Notes: generated by a model from the sequence alone, not told the origin. DNA of 61,890 nt, filler included, from Choristocarpus tenellus KU-1152 (GCA_964200185.2; 14 parts of 14 records of this genome joined end to end with filler, not necessarily neighbours in it), one strand, 5' to 3'. Shown: positions 36,410 to 50,614, numbered from the whole stretch's first letter. Made by a program: numbers and translations.

Positions 36410-38915
36410 TCTTTGCTACAGATTGGAAGCACTTGGGGAAGAGCAGGAGGGTCAGGTGTTGGACCAGACTCTTCCAACTGTATTGAAGATCTCTTGTGTT
36501 GCATGTTTAGAGTCAGACTACAACTGTTATTTGTTGGTAAACCCAGAACTGTTCTACCATATGAACGGATAGATAGAAAATGATTATGCCATTTTAAGGT
36601 GCTACATAAAAGTTCTAGCCACCTACCTCTGTGATATCAGTCACTTTCAACATTTGGTGATATCCCTGTGTTTATCACTCCTGTATTTGCATGAGGTGGG
36701 CGATACCTAACACAATATTGCCTCATGCAAGAGTAGGAACGAGAAACACAGGGATGTTGCCAAATGTTGCAGAGTGATAGGTTAACGTTGGGTAGGGCAT
36801 GCGGTACCGCCTTGAACCAGAAATATTTCCTTATACTTCGAAGTATATGAAAAAGGTTCTGTCTATACCAACTACAAAACAGCTGTACTCTTGACTCCAT
36901 ACAAACATTTTGCCATAATTCTCCAACAGAGTTGAATGAGTCTGATCTAACACCTCCTAGCTCAAACAGCCCTGAGAGATTACTAGGTACAATTTGGCAT
37001 TCTAGAAAATCCACCAGGGTCAATCCCACATTGAAGAGCTCAACTACCTATGGAACTCACTGAAGAAAAAAATGCAAAACATACACACAAAGAAATTCCA
37101 AGGTATCCATCATTGCCCACTAGGGAAGGAGCCTTCATATTTCTACGCATGTAAGGGAACACCACGGCAAATACCTGAGGCAACTCAAGCATGGACCCCT
37201 TGTCCTCCCATGTACTACTGCCTGGCCCACTGCTGGACTGGAGATGATCTAAAAGAGACATCTCCAGGGTTGCATGGTGGGTGACTGTAGCTCAGGTGTC
37301 TAAGAATGGTTGATATGAATATATGCCAGGAGACATGGAATTTGTATGACCTGTGTATAACGTATGTGCTGTTTCTTCATTTTAAGCAATTACAACGGAG
37401 CTAACAGGTATGATGTGCATTATGTGACTAGTGATCATTTATATGTTAAATTTTACTCCAACAAACGATTGATGGTTGATTGATGCCAGATGAATGGATT
37501 GGTGGATTATATATTTTTGTTCCCCAAGTATATCAAGCACATTTGCTGTGTAAGATTATTGCAGTTGGATTTTGTAGCCATAGATACCCAAGCTAGTATC
37601 ATTACCTTGTTCAGACTTGTTTTTATCCAGTAAGCTCACGAAGGGGAGGCACCCCTCGAGTGAAACCTGGTCTTGATTTACCTGCCTTTGTTTTGGCCAG
37701 GTCAAAATGATATCCCATCATGATGTGCTGCAAAAGGGGAGTCTCATGTATGAGTCCATGGCGTTGCTTTGCTCTGTTACGAATTATGTTCACCCTGCCG
37801 TGTGTTCGTAGCAAGGAAGTGTTTTTTGCTAGAACTAAACACTTTTGGGGCTGACTGGGTTGTGCAATAGAATACTAGTTGACTTCATCCCCGAATGTGG
37901 TTGTTATGGGTCGTGCTGATGTGTGCAGTCAGTATAGGTTGGCCTTGAGTGGGCTTTGCTGACTAAACACCTGNNNNNNNNNNNNNNNNNNNNNNNNNNN
38001 NNNNNNNNNNNNNNNNNTTAATTAATTAANNNNNNNNNNNNNNNNNNNNNNNNNNNNNNNNNNNNNNNNNNNNGGAGGGCTAGGTATCTATTTGGGGCCT
38101 GTGTGAACTTGTTCCATGTCATCAGAGTAAACGTGTCAGATGTGAGGACAATTTCCTCCATCTGAACACAACTTCCTTCTCCTTTCCCCTAACTGAACCA
38201 AATCCAAAAGGAAAAATCACCTGCAAAACGGGCATCAAACTGGGGTATCTATACAACACCCCATCAAGCCCCGAATGGACAACCTGGGCTAGGCGCACAC
38301 CCCTCTAGGACACTATGGACCACTAACCTACTCTTTCTTGCAGCATATTGGTGAAGGGTCATAGCAACCATTTGTTCAAGCTCTGGATCACTCTCGCTCC
38401 TCAACAGGATCTCTGCAGCAGTTGCTTCCCGCTCCATGCGAGAGAGTCCCAATAGCATCCCAGGAAGCTTTGCAGGTACTTGTTGCTTAGGGACAGGATT
38501 TGGTGACTCTCTTTAGAAGAACAAATTTTGGCGGAGGAAAAATAGCCCAACGAATCAAAACATATGAGCATTAAATACTTTGTTGACAACATGACCTGTT
38601 CACCTCAAGCACGGTCTCACCTTCAGGTCTCTCCTGGTCCAGAGAGTCTGTTTGTATCCCGAGTATTGTTTCCCGAGGAGGTACTGGAAGGGAATTGACT
38701 CGTTCAAAAGTGTGTCTCTTTTTCCTCTGCCGTATTGGCTTCCCTCTTCTTCCTCTTCTGTCTCTCTCAACATGCTAGCGAGGACTATGGTAATATGCTG
38801 TTGTGGTATAGAGTTTACGAAGAAGTCACAGGTTGACTCGGGGCCAAGATAGCCTCACGCGTTTAGTCGAAGGACTCGATACGTTCAGAATAGTGTTAAG
38901 AACTGTAGGGGAGAA

Positions 38916-39175
38916 GAGCCAAAGTATCTGAGAGGGTAAGAACTTTGCCCTGTTTGTCCATTTGGGGCTTGGCTTCCCACGCGTTTCTAATGACATTTTA
39001 ACTACCCCAAAATCTTTCCGAGTAGGTAAAATGTGTACGTTTTGAAAAGGGAGCGTCCGGAACAAGGATATTGGCATCCCCTATCAAACACGATAGCCAA
39101 AATTACATCAAAATTGCAACATTGGATTTTGACCCCCAAATGGACGCGGCCCTACCCTCTAAGATACTTTGACTC
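38916..39175 (+). mobile_element. MITE family A
   Basis: Both TIRs present. TSD AGAA. Confidence 0.95.
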
Positions 39176-39616
39176 AGAAGGCTTTGATCGGCGTCGGGGG
39201 TGGCCTATTGCGAAGAAGTGGAACTGTGAAATGAGGGCAGAGACGGAGATATGATGTTCTGTCGAGTGTTTGTCCTATTGAGTGTTTCGAGATTTCAGTC
39301 AAGACTGGCTGGGTAGGGCATGCTCAGCGGAGTTAACAAATACGAGTGGAACCAAGATCACCTGTAATTGTCAGTCAGTGGATTGATTTTTTGATTAAGT
39401 GCATTTTAATATTGAGTGTTTGCATATGGTGTTTGACCGTTTCTTAGGTACTGGAATATAAATGCGTCTATATACATACGAAACCCCGTCTGTCTAAATC
39501 CACCTGTAATGTCCTACGTTTGAAGGTAATGATGTTGATCACAGAATCATATTTGAAATGTCTGTGGTCATAATATACATAGTGATTTGAGGACAACTGT
39601 GTGTATTATTTGTCAT

Positions 39617-39688
39617 GCGCGTATGGTGCAGTGGCAGCATACCACATTTGGGTTGTGGTGGTCGAGGGTTCGAACCCCTCTACGCGCC
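39617..39688 (+). tRNA. trnP: tRNA-Pro (anticodon TGG)
   Basis: Full cloverleaf: acceptor GCGCGTA/TACGCGC, D arm GTGC/GCAT, anticodon arm CCACA-TTTGGGT-TGTGG, T arm GAGGG-TTCGAAC-CCCTC. Discriminator C, no intron, TTTT just downstream. Confidence 0.93.
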
Positions 39689-39811
39689 AATATTTTGTAG
39701 TGCATGAGGGATATATATGGAAGGTTGGGTCAATACTTGTAGCTACTATGTGCTTTTGTCCCATAAATGTTACGGTTGACGATAAGATGTAGAATATGTT
39801 GGAGTACTATC

Positions 39812-39933
39812 TACTATATGTAAGCATATGATTATACTATATGTAAGCATATGATTATACTATATGTAAGCATATGATTATACTATATGTAAGCATATGA
39901 TTATACTATATGTAAGCATATGATTATACTATA
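39812..39933 (+). repeat. 23-bp minisatellite x5.3
   Basis: Exact tandem copies of TACTATATGTAAGCATATGATTA with no spacers. Confidence 0.95.
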
Positions 39934-40462
39934 CAAAAATCGACTGAAACAGAAAAATGCGCAAATCACTTGTATCGACCAAGATGTGTGTATGAGAGTC
40001 AACTCGTATTGTATTCGTTGCGTTTTCTTTTTTGATTGCTACAATTTTCTCTATCATTTTTTTTTTTAAGTTCCTGTAAGTCGCAATTTTCTTCTTGCTA
40101 CATTTTCCTTAGTCGCCAGTGTGTCCTATGTGGGCGACGTGTGTCATATTCTTAATTTCGCATATTAATGACCAAACTCTTCCATACCAAGTGCAAGATG
40201 GGTGAAGGAGTCTGAACAGAAAACAAAGAAAAAAAAATCACACAATCACCAGCAATCCAGAATGGAAGCTAAATCATGTCATCATGTGTCAAAAAAAGGG
40301 GTAGTGGATACGCAGTGTGTATTATGGGAAGAACACAATGCTTAGTTAGATCTCCTTCATTGTCAACTCTCTGGACTGCTATGCACTCAAATGTCACACA
40401 CCAAACACAGTTACGAGCCAAAGTATACAAGAGGTACCCAGGTTTTTGCTGTTTTGAATATT

Positions 40463-40724
40463 GAGCCAATGCCAAACCGTTTGAGAGGTAGGCATGTGTG
40501 GAACCCTTTGCAATCTCAGCGATATTTCTTATCCTGTGCAATACACTCTTTATCATTGCCTATGTGGAAAGTAATGTACACAAAAAATGTATCCCCTTTC
40601 CGTAGGCAAAGTGACACCGCAATCCAGCCAAGGATCTTTCTGCAATTGTACAAAATTACCTCTTTTTCACCTTTCTCAGGATCCTTAGGATACAATCCTG
40701 CCTATCTCTCAGCTGCTTTGACTC
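40463..40724 (+). mobile_element. MITE family C (uninterrupted)
   Basis: GCCAAACCGTTTGAGAGGTAGGCA...TGCCTATCTCTCAGCTGCTTTGACTC. Interior homologous to the 23557 and 34514 copies. Confidence 0.78.
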
Positions 40725-41067
40725 ACCACTTTTCATATATTTTGCAAATCACTCTTCTTTCTGTGGCTGAAGTGTAAAGATTGACATGAGAAGTTGATTT
40801 CTCTATTGCTTGAAAAGTTTCGATAGAATTTACAAAAGTCCCTATCCGCACTACTCGTATAAAATTCAAATGCTCCACAATGTTTTTCAGCATCCTTAAA
40901 ATGCAACCCTAGGTGTATCTCCTTTACTTTGTCGTCTGATCTGTTAAATAGTATTGGAATTGGTGCCCTTCAAGCGGATATACCTTGCCCACCGTCCTCA
41001 CAGCCTTGCATACGACTGCTCTATCCTGCACTGCAAGCTGATACTGCCCATTACACAACAATCTTCG

Positions 41068-41105
41068 AATCCAAAGTATCTGGAGGGGGGGGGGGGGGGG
41101 TACAC
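41068..41105. mobile_element. MITE family B left end (contig end)
   Basis: ATCCAAAGTATCTGGAGGGGG followed by poly-G. Confidence 0.7.
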
Positions 41106-42652
41106 NNNNNNNNNNNNNNNNNNNNNNNNNNNNNNNNNNNNNNNNNNNNTTAATTAATTAANNNNNNNNNNNNNNNNNNNNNNNNNNNNNNNNNNNNNNN
41201 NNNNNCCCACACACCCCTCCCCCACTCGCCCCAACCCCCCCAAAAACAAAAAAAAAAAAAAACCAGGCACCCCCCCCCCCCCCCCCCCCCCCACCAAAAA
41301 AAAAGAAAAAAAAATCGGTTTGACACACACACACACACACAGATAGATAAGAGCAGCGTCGGAACAATCTTGGGCAAACAGAGCTACCATGGTAGATACA
41401 AGTAGACTTAATTTTTTTTTTAATAGTAGAAATTGGATATTAATACGGCCTTCGCTATATTATACACAGTGTTAACAATAAAACCACCCTCCATACACTG
41501 ATTATTTCCAGAGGTGGATAATTTTACACACACAAACACACACACAACCAAAACTACAACTGAAACGCTGCCAACGCTAAGAGGCAGTCAAGACAAAACA
41601 GCCTTTCCAGGTTTCCTGGTGATTTGTCTACTCAACTAATTCCATTGTGAGGATTAAAGTCTTGAGCATAGATTCGGACCGAATACTTCAACACGCAGAT
41701 GTCATGTTTTCAGGAACTTTTTTTTTTTTTTTTTACTGAAAAATTGAAATAGAGCGGAGCATACATAACAGGCGAAAACTGGTCCTGTGAGGTCGTCGTA
41801 AGGTCACTTCATTAGGATTTTAATTTGGGAACAAAAAAACACCAATCTCCATTCTGAGACCGGTCTTGGAAAAAAATAGTAAAATAATATTTTTAATGTA
41901 CACTCACCATAGAGCTACAGACTGAAAAAATCTGTACAAGTAAAACTGAAACAAAAACCAGCAACCCTGACCCTAATCCTAACTTCAAAAGAGCTTTAAT
42001 CATGTACACAACGGAATAGAGCAGCGGGTGAAGCACCAGAGGTGGAGAGGAATCTCAAAGCAAATTGTACAGCACACAGACACAATTAAAAAAACACTAC
42101 TGAATCGACCCAAAACACTTCTACTTCTATTGTAGTGTCCATTTTTTTTTTAATTCTTCAACTGTATTCATCAAGGGGGTCGATATTCTCAACTCCAGAG
42201 GAAAGCCAGTTCGATGTTTTTTGAATTCATAAAAAAAACTCCTGTTCTCGAGAAGGAGAAGAAAAGCTCTCGCTCTGTCCAACAGCTCTGGGCCGCTCTA
42301 TGTCGCCCGGTAGCAGGCCATTCTGACTCTCTGGGTGATGGATTCCATGCAGTCCAATCTGAGACCCTGTACAGCACTGTACAACAAACTCAGGCCAATC
42401 ACACGACTATATATTTCTGTCGATAGGTGATAGGAAATAGGCGATATTGTATGCATTGACTTGGAGTACTTTCAAAGGCTCAATCAGGTCATTTGGTATG
42501 ATGACATCATTTCGGGAAGGTTTTTTGGGAAGAGAACGACCCCCCCCCAAAACTCCTTTTTTTCTTAAAATCATGTCTAACCCTAGAGAGGATTTTGATT
42601 CCTCTGTGGTCGAAGCACTCAACACTTTTCTATTTATTCTTTTCATCTATAA

Positions 42653-42912
42653 GAGTGAAAGTATCTTAGAGGGTACGATTTTTGCCCGGTTTGTTCATTT
42701 GAGGCTTTTGACTTCCCGCAGGTTTTTATGACATTTTACCTACTCCGAAACATTTCTGAGTAGGTAAAATATATACGTTATGAAAAGGTGTGTCTGGAAC
42801 AAGGACATCAACACTTCCTAACAAACACAACAGCCACAATTACATCAAAATCGCAACATTGGATTTTGGCCCCCAAATGGATGCAGCTCTACCCTGTAAG
42901 ATACATTGACCA
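42653..42912 (+). mobile_element. MITE family A
   Basis: Both TIRs present, right end decayed. TSD ATAA. Confidence 0.93.
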
Positions 42913-44393
42913 ATAAATTCCTAATGCTTGACAATGTATCATTTGCCTGGCAAATCGATCATGGAGGTTGTGTCGTGTGGATCACAGAAATATATATATA
43001 TATATATATATGAAAAAAAACCCTACCGGTAAATGATCTGGAAAAATGTATGGCACAACATATAACATAGTAACTCGAACAAGAGTAACACAAACACAGC
43101 CCGCAATGCAATGCAAACATGCAAGCCCCCCCTCCCCCTACAAAATCGATCTTCTGAATCAATGCACCCAACTACATTTTTGACTCAATCTATAATCCTC
43201 TGTTCTTAGTCACAGTCTTTCCCTTTCACCATCCTCATCCTCAACACACGCCTTCATACCATGCCATGCATGTTACACGGCTTGTACCACAAAAAATAAA
43301 AAGTAAAAGTAAAAAACACAATTTCCAGAAATCAATTTTTCGATACTCTACCTCCTCCACTTCAACCCTACAGGAAAACCCCACCGTCAACATCTTGTGC
43401 CTGCCATGGGGTCATGTCCTCCCATAATATTATTATGCACAGATTTGCCTAGGGAAAAACCTACCTCCGGCAGACAAGACGACAAAGTGAGTTTACCACA
43501 GTAAAGGGGAATGGTCATTCTTGTATCATGCATCCGTTGCTCCCTCGCCACCCCCCCCCATTTTCCTGAACTATGAGGTTGATGACACACAACCCTGTCT
43601 TTGATCCCACTCCCTATCCCCTATCGTAACATACAACAAACACTCTCATGACTAAATGCATCGTTGCCAATGGAGATACCGTAACGTGCTTTGATTTATT
43701 TATTTTTTAGTCCTAGTCCTAGCCCAAGTTACTATTGTGCACACACACACACACACACCATATGATAGGAGGGCTTGTCTACATAATTATCTACATAATT
43801 ATCAAGGCGAGATCATGCATCAGAAGTCGATGGGCTAAGAGAACAATGTCCTAAGGGAGAACAAAAGAGGAGACACCTTCAGGCATGGCGACCAACTCAC
43901 TTTAAACCATCCCCAGCGTATGTGTCAGCAAAGAGTGCTCGCCCCCCCACCCCCAGTGGGGACAGCATGCGGAGAGGGTTGATGAGCCTCTTCTCAACAA
44001 ACTCCAAGAACATGGATGGTTCCTAATCGATGGGGAGAAGGAGAACGGAAGCATTGCAGAATGGTTAACCAGGACAGATGATTCACTCAATTCACTCCTG
44101 CATGTACAGCGGGTTGTTTTGCTTTAACCTCATAATGCGCTCGTGCCCTGATTCTCCGCAGTGCAAAATACAAGCCAATTGACATCCATAGGTACACCTC
44201 AAAATTGCACCCTTATACTTTCTTTTTCTTCTTTTCTGAGCATCAAAATCTGCCCCCCCCCGCCTCGTAAAGTCCACAGGAACAACTAGGTGTCAGACGT
44301 AACCCCCATAATATTATGAACAAAATCGTTGTAGCTTATTTCCACACTCAACACCAAGACCGCTTCTACACACAACTCCTAGCACAGTATGAG

Positions 44394-44441
<48 letters not shown>

Positions 44442-45474
44442 ACCCCCAAAAAAAAACAACAAAAAAAAAAAAAAAATGAAAATAANNNNNNNNNNNNNNN
44501 NNNNNNNNNNNNNNNNNNNNNNNNNNNNNTTAATTAATTAANNNNNNNNNNNNNNNNNNNNNNNNNNNNNNNNNNNNNNNNNNNNGTGCTCGAAATTGAT
44601 ATCAGCAAATGGTTTGGATGAGCTACCTGGTACTGGTGCTGGTACTATTTCTGGTGCCAGTACTGGTACTGATACTACTGCACTACTGAGAGTTGTATTA
44701 TTTGCAGAGTATACCACTGAGTAGATTACCTGACAACCACTAGGATCCCACCTTATCATTGAGTGTATGCTCGATTGTATCCTCCACCTTGACAACACGA
44801 TGACCACGCCAGCCGAAAAAGGGCAGGATGAGCAGTGATGGGTCAAACTCGTAGCTCAATTGGCACTCCCTTCCGTTGGGACATTTTCGGAATCTCGTCA
44901 GAGTACGAGGTAGAGTAGGAGTTATGGACAACTCAATGGAGGTGGTAAGTATTTGGTGCTACGCGGCTGCAAGGGTGGACGTGCTCACCTTTTGTAATTG
45001 GGCACACAGACATAGATTCATATGTAGGTATGTATTACACAGCATCTACCCTGAATTTCTAGGTGCTAGCAATTTGTTTCCTGGAGGGGCGGATAGACTA
45101 CCTGTTAGAAATATGTTCAATGACAAGTAGAGACCTGACTTTGTCACCACAATGGCGTGTAAAACTTGCACACACTATTGCATCTAGCACTCCCTCACAT
45201 ACTGTACGTGGTACTGTGCGCACGTGCCTGTGTGCACACATCTCTTTGATGGGTTCATCATTGTTGCTCCATAAGCAAACAGCTATAACCCACCCTTCAG
45301 AACTTCATAATCTGGTACAGTACATCACTATTGATTTTGCCCCTACTTGAGATCACTTTCACCATATCACAAGTAAGTGAAGGTAATCAGGAGGCCTGGG
45401 ATAATGATACCTCGCACAAAAACTTCGCCTGCATATGCAAGGGCACCATTTATCGGTCCCTTGCTGAAATTTCT

Positions 45475-45732
45475 GAGCCAAAGTATTTTAGAGGGTAGAG
45501 CCGTGTCCATTGAGCGCCAAAATTCAATGTTGGGAATTTGATGTAATTTTGGCTATCGACTTTGTTAGGAAGTATCAATATCCATGTTCCGGACACACCT
45601 TTTTATCACATACACACTTTTCCAACTCCTAAACATTTTGGAGTAAGAAAATGTCATAAAAGAACCCATGGGAAGCCAAGCACCAAATGGACAAACGAGG
45701 CAAAACTCGTACCCTCTAAGATACTTTCACTC
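45475..45732 (-). mobile_element. MITE family A
   Basis: Both TIRs present. TSD TCT. Confidence 0.94.
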
Positions 45733-45968
45733 TCTGCATCGCTCAACCAATCCAATGTCAACACATTGATTGGGATAGAGAAATAATGATTCTACCCGTT
45801 CTTGTTGATCACCATCTAGAGCTTCTGCATCAAGACTTCTGACATATAATGGGCACAATTGATGACCAGCCCTTAACCCAATTTAGGCTTGGCGCATGCC
45901 ATTTGACAAGCCAAGACCCATTGATGAGACAGAGCATGGAATATATAGTGGTGTGTACTGCACCATAT

Positions 45969-46271
45969 TTAGAGGTTCTCATTGATTACTGAGGGGTCAA
46001 CAAGGAAATCTTTCAAAATAGTACTAACGGGTGTTCGCTGTATCGTGCTTCCTTCCTGGAAATAAGTACATCTCACAATCCAGTCAGGAACTAGGAGATC
46101 TTTGACCACTTCCTGAATTGGCGATCCGCTTGTCTCCTCCTGCAGGAGACCAATGAGTCCGTTAAGGAATTCATGGGCATCTCCCTGCTCGATATTACAG
46201 TAGTTCCTGCATGTAGAGGGTGAAACAGCATTCAATGAGAGGTGGGGAGAGGAACATGAACACGTTGGCAA
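45969..46271 (-). pseudogene. Ubiquitin-specific protease (C19)-like fragment
   Basis: EQGDAHEFLNGLIGLLQEE matches the USP QQDAHEFL box. The Cys and His boxes were not convincingly found. Confidence 0.5.
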
Positions 46272-49200
46272 GCTACTGCTGGGTACATATCCCTAATGCT
46301 TCTACAAGGAGTATTGAATGTAGTGAGGGGGTGTAGGGAATCCTATGCTTCTCCATATACCGTGTGAAAGTTTCATACATCGAATAGGGAACAAAGAACT
46401 GGTGTGGAATATGCTGTAAGAGGCTAGGTCTACTTGGCCCTGGTGCAACCTGGCTACTGATCATAGTCATGTACTCTGTATGTGGAGTCCAATCCTCTCA
46501 GTTACCCATGGGTTGTTCCATCCCCGATAAAATCCATGGTCTTTGCATTAATTCCTCTCAACCTCTCTACCACAAGATCCCAAGACAAGGGAAACAAGCA
46601 AGACTGTAAATGTGGAGAGTGATGAATGGAAGACACTCACGTTTGCTTGAAGCGGAGAGACCTCGCGTTCAGGGGACCTATTTCACCCCCATGAGTAGCA
46701 AAGGAAAAGCTGCTCAACATGCTGAAGGCCGTGTCTCGGTACCCTGTGAGAAGGAATGTTTGGAGAAGGGTGACATCTGATTGGTAGGGATGACAATAGC
46801 AACTGTCTGAAGGAGATGATACAGCACTGCATGTAGCAAGTCTAGGCTTTCCAGCATATCCGTTTGTGCTTGAGGTTATACTACCTACTGTGCAGTATGT
46901 CTACAAGATAGGCACTTCAAAGCATGCTCAATGGCAGAACACGTGGGATCACAGAGCACAGAGACGCTCTCTATATGGTATGTGCGGGGGAAGACTAATT
47001 TAGCCCCAAACACAAGTACTTGGACCCTTTGAAACTTGTGCAGGATGTTACACTGAGCCTATTTGTTCATCGAGCAGCCAAAGCAGCTGCTTTAGATCAA
47101 TAAGGCTTACAGCTGTACAATGGCAACAGAAATACATGCCCCATGTGAGCTGAGATATGGAATGGTGGGTCACCTTCTGCAACCCGCAATGCTTCAATGA
47201 CCATGTTGCTCTGCAGAAGGGCAGAGAATCCTTTCAAGGGGACAGCAACACCTGGTAGGTTGGGTGCAGTCAACAAGGGCGAAGGGGTGTTTGCCTAAGG
47301 GTAAGCATCGGGTGAGTTGGTTTGCCTTCTGCATCACGTACTTGATATCCTAGCAGGCACAAATTCAGCCCTATGTCTCATTGGGATAGATGAGAACCGT
47401 GATCCAATGTCTGGTTGTTTGTGACATGGTTTCAAGTGCTCCTTCTCAAACATCATCAGAAATCATAAAATGGCATACGACTAGATGCAGAATTCCAATA
47501 GTTGGATATATGGGGACAAACGTGTAGGAAGAGAGGGAAAACGTGATGGTCGATGCTCAATTTGAAAAATATTGCTCTCAGGTGGGTACCCTATCCAGAT
47601 TTGATGAAGGGAGCGCAGATGAATGGCGAGTATGTTTGAATCCAACGTAGGGAAAACAAGGTAGGCAAGGATACTGTGAGGTTGTCATATAGAACAATAT
47701 TGATATTGTAATATACCCTGACTAAGACCACACGTTAGGCTGTACAACAGACTAACAAGGGTGTTCACGAGAACACTCCTACTAGTACTATGAATCATTG
47801 TAAAGTAGTTGATAATTATAATGGTAATGATGCTGATTGCTACTGTAACTACTATCCAACAGCATCAATATATGTGGTAGTGCAATGCTACAGTTACATA
47901 TCAGCAAGCACTTGAAATAAAGGTTTCAGTTGAGTCCATGGCACAGTGTGACATGCAACAAAATACTAATGATGGTAGGTGGAAGTACTTGCACCATTAG
48001 TGACAAATGTCATTACACCATACTGACCTGCCGACTTTGTTGGTGGGATTAAGAATTTCTTGAATAGTTTGCGGCCAGCACACTCAAAGGGTGCTATTCT
48101 TAAAACAGTATCCTCACCGTTAGGGGTAATATAAATATCAGTTATATATGGGGTAATATAAATATCAACAACAAGAACATGACATGAAAATATTGAGAAC
48201 AACAAGATTAAGAACGGTATTAACAGTAGCTGCTAGATGAGGAATATATATATATATATATTATATATATATATGGATAGTACAGGTCAAGAATGTTTAA
48301 ATATTGGAAAATAATAACAAAAACAGTAACAATATACTAACAAAGAATAGAAACAAGAGCATGAATGGTAGAAATGACACCTCTCCAAGCCCATAATATG
48401 AGAACTCCTCTCTGCTCCAGAATAGCACGAAGTTTGTTGTGCTCATACGGCAACTACTCAAGTCACACCCTGTCACAGACTTGGCCTCCACATCTTTCTT
48501 GTTCTACCCATTGCAGCGAGCACTACATTTTGCAACCATTTGCATTACCTGGACAACAGCATTGACAAAGCTGTCCATGCCGATGTTCATGAAGGCAAGA
48601 TGTTGATCATCAGGTGGGCTGTTGCTACCACTGCAGATGATCCAGCTGTAGATTACAAGCGGAGAGAAGGGAAATGCAGTAGAATGTAGATGCACAAGGA
48701 GGACAGAATTGATTGTCAAGTACTGGCAGGTAGAGTATTGTGTTGACCAGTGCCCACACCAGGAATAGTACTGGTTTGGAGGAAATGGGACTCCGGCTTG
48801 TACCACCCACAGAAATGTCTTTTTGAATTGTTTTAGATTGAATTTTTTGGAAATGTTGACGAATATCATCTTTTACAGAGTAGTAAAGAAACAGCTGTGG
48901 ACAAATCAATACTTCAACGAAGCAAGCAGGAAAATAGGACTCTTGTTGATCATCACCAACCCTGAAAAAGAGGCACAAACCTGCCCATGTTCCTCCTCTC
49001 CAAAGAGAAGGTGCCTATCCACAGGTCCATGAAGGCAATAAACTTTGTCAACTTATGCAGGAGGGTCTGCATCCACCACGTTGAAACAATTGTCTTCACA
49101 ACTCTATGCTCTTGCATGTTCGTGAGAGGACCCTGTGCTGCCAGAGAAAAATCAACTGAGCGAATCGACCAATCAACTTAACATACAGGGTGATCATCGT

Positions 49201-50354
49201 TTGCACGTTTGTCTTCTTGATCCATGCCCTCCTCCAGAGTTCTTCGATGGGACGAACTGCCTTGACCTGTTTTGGACCGCAAGCTCCTAGGCTATGAGTG
49301 TGGAAAATGCCACAGCAGTGTGAATATTTTTCGAGATGTACTTGACATATTTCAAAGCACTACATAACGATTCATGTGACCATACCGAGAAGGACATGCA
49401 GGAGGCACCCACTGTATTACACCTACGCGGTCCCTCCATTCGTATCAGAGTTTATCTTTGTATACAGGAGCATTGCAACAACAACATCACGCCATATCTC
49501 AAACATATTTCAATTGAATGGTTTGGGGAACAATGACAAGGAAGGCAAGGGGGATGACTCGATTTTTTTTGTAGATTTAGCTCAGGCCTAACCCTGGTTT
49601 CAGGCATGAGGAGGTTCCAGGTCACTGCAGCGGTGAAGATGCCCACAGCTGTGGCAATGATCGCCCACATGTGACGGTATTTCATACCCTTCTTGCTGGC
49701 GGTGTCCCACCATGTACCTGTCAGCTCAGTACCCTGCGGAACCTGTTCATTTCATGGGTTGTGTTTGAGTTGGGATAGGCTGGGTGGCACAGCTGGTAAA
49801 TGTGGGGCTATATCCCTACTGACTCTAGTCAGGTGTGGTGACGATGAATGATTCATCTCATTCTTTTGTTCATTATTGCTTGTTGATGATTCTCACCTAC
49901 TTGGTTCCATGGCAACCACTGGCCTTCATTATATCCAAAATATCTCTCCACAGCAATTTTACAGACCCAGTCAAACCTTGTGAGCAAGTAGTACCCCTTG
50001 TTGATTGTTGTACTCCAACTGTGTACAGGTTGTTTGTGCCTAGATCTCACCTTTTTTCTTGGTGGTTCATGTGCTGAGATTGTGACCAGAATGGGAATCT
50101 TTCTCAGCTGGTCATGGATCTTTGTCATGGTGCTTACCAACGCTCTTTGAACTTTGCTGGTCTGGGCGATGGAACGAATCCTTTTGAATAGATCTCTCGC
50201 CCTTCCTCTTACCATGGCCCAAAATCTGCTGTATAGGTTTTGGGGCTTACTGTCTTCTCTGCCTTCCTCCTTTTCCCTGTTGTAGATATCAAGAAAGGAC
50301 TAGTGTTTTTGAGCCTGCCAATATGAATGATGCTGCTCTGTTTCTTCATGATAT

Positions 50355-50614
50355 GAAGTCAAACCAACTGATACATAGACTGGACTGCATTTCAAGGATG
50401 CCGAGAAAGGGTCAAATATGTTATTTTGTACATTTGCAAAAAGAACCTTTGCTGAGTTGCGGTGTCACTTTGTGTGTGGAGAGGGGGGATATCAATTTTG
50501 CATACATTATTGTGCATATTAAGCAATGAAACAGAGTGCATTGCACAGGGTAAGAAAGGTGGCTTGGAATACCGAAGAAATATAAGCCTGCCTATCTCTC
50601 AATCCGTTTGGCTT
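50355..50614 (-). mobile_element. MITE family C (diverged)
   Basis: AAGTCAAACCAACTGA...CCTGCCTATCTCTCAATCCGTTTGGCTT. Interior CATTGCACAGGGTAAGAAAGGTGGCTTGGAAT is the reverse complement of the C core. Flanks ATAT. Confidence 0.72.

Noticed and set aside
39812-39933. CRISPR array
   Set aside because: The 23-bp units are directly adjacent with no spacers, there are no cas genes, and the context is eukaryotic.
46820-46850. TCYMQ as the USP catalytic Cys box
   Set aside because: It is directly preceded by a stop and lacks the GLxNxGN context, so it may be chance.
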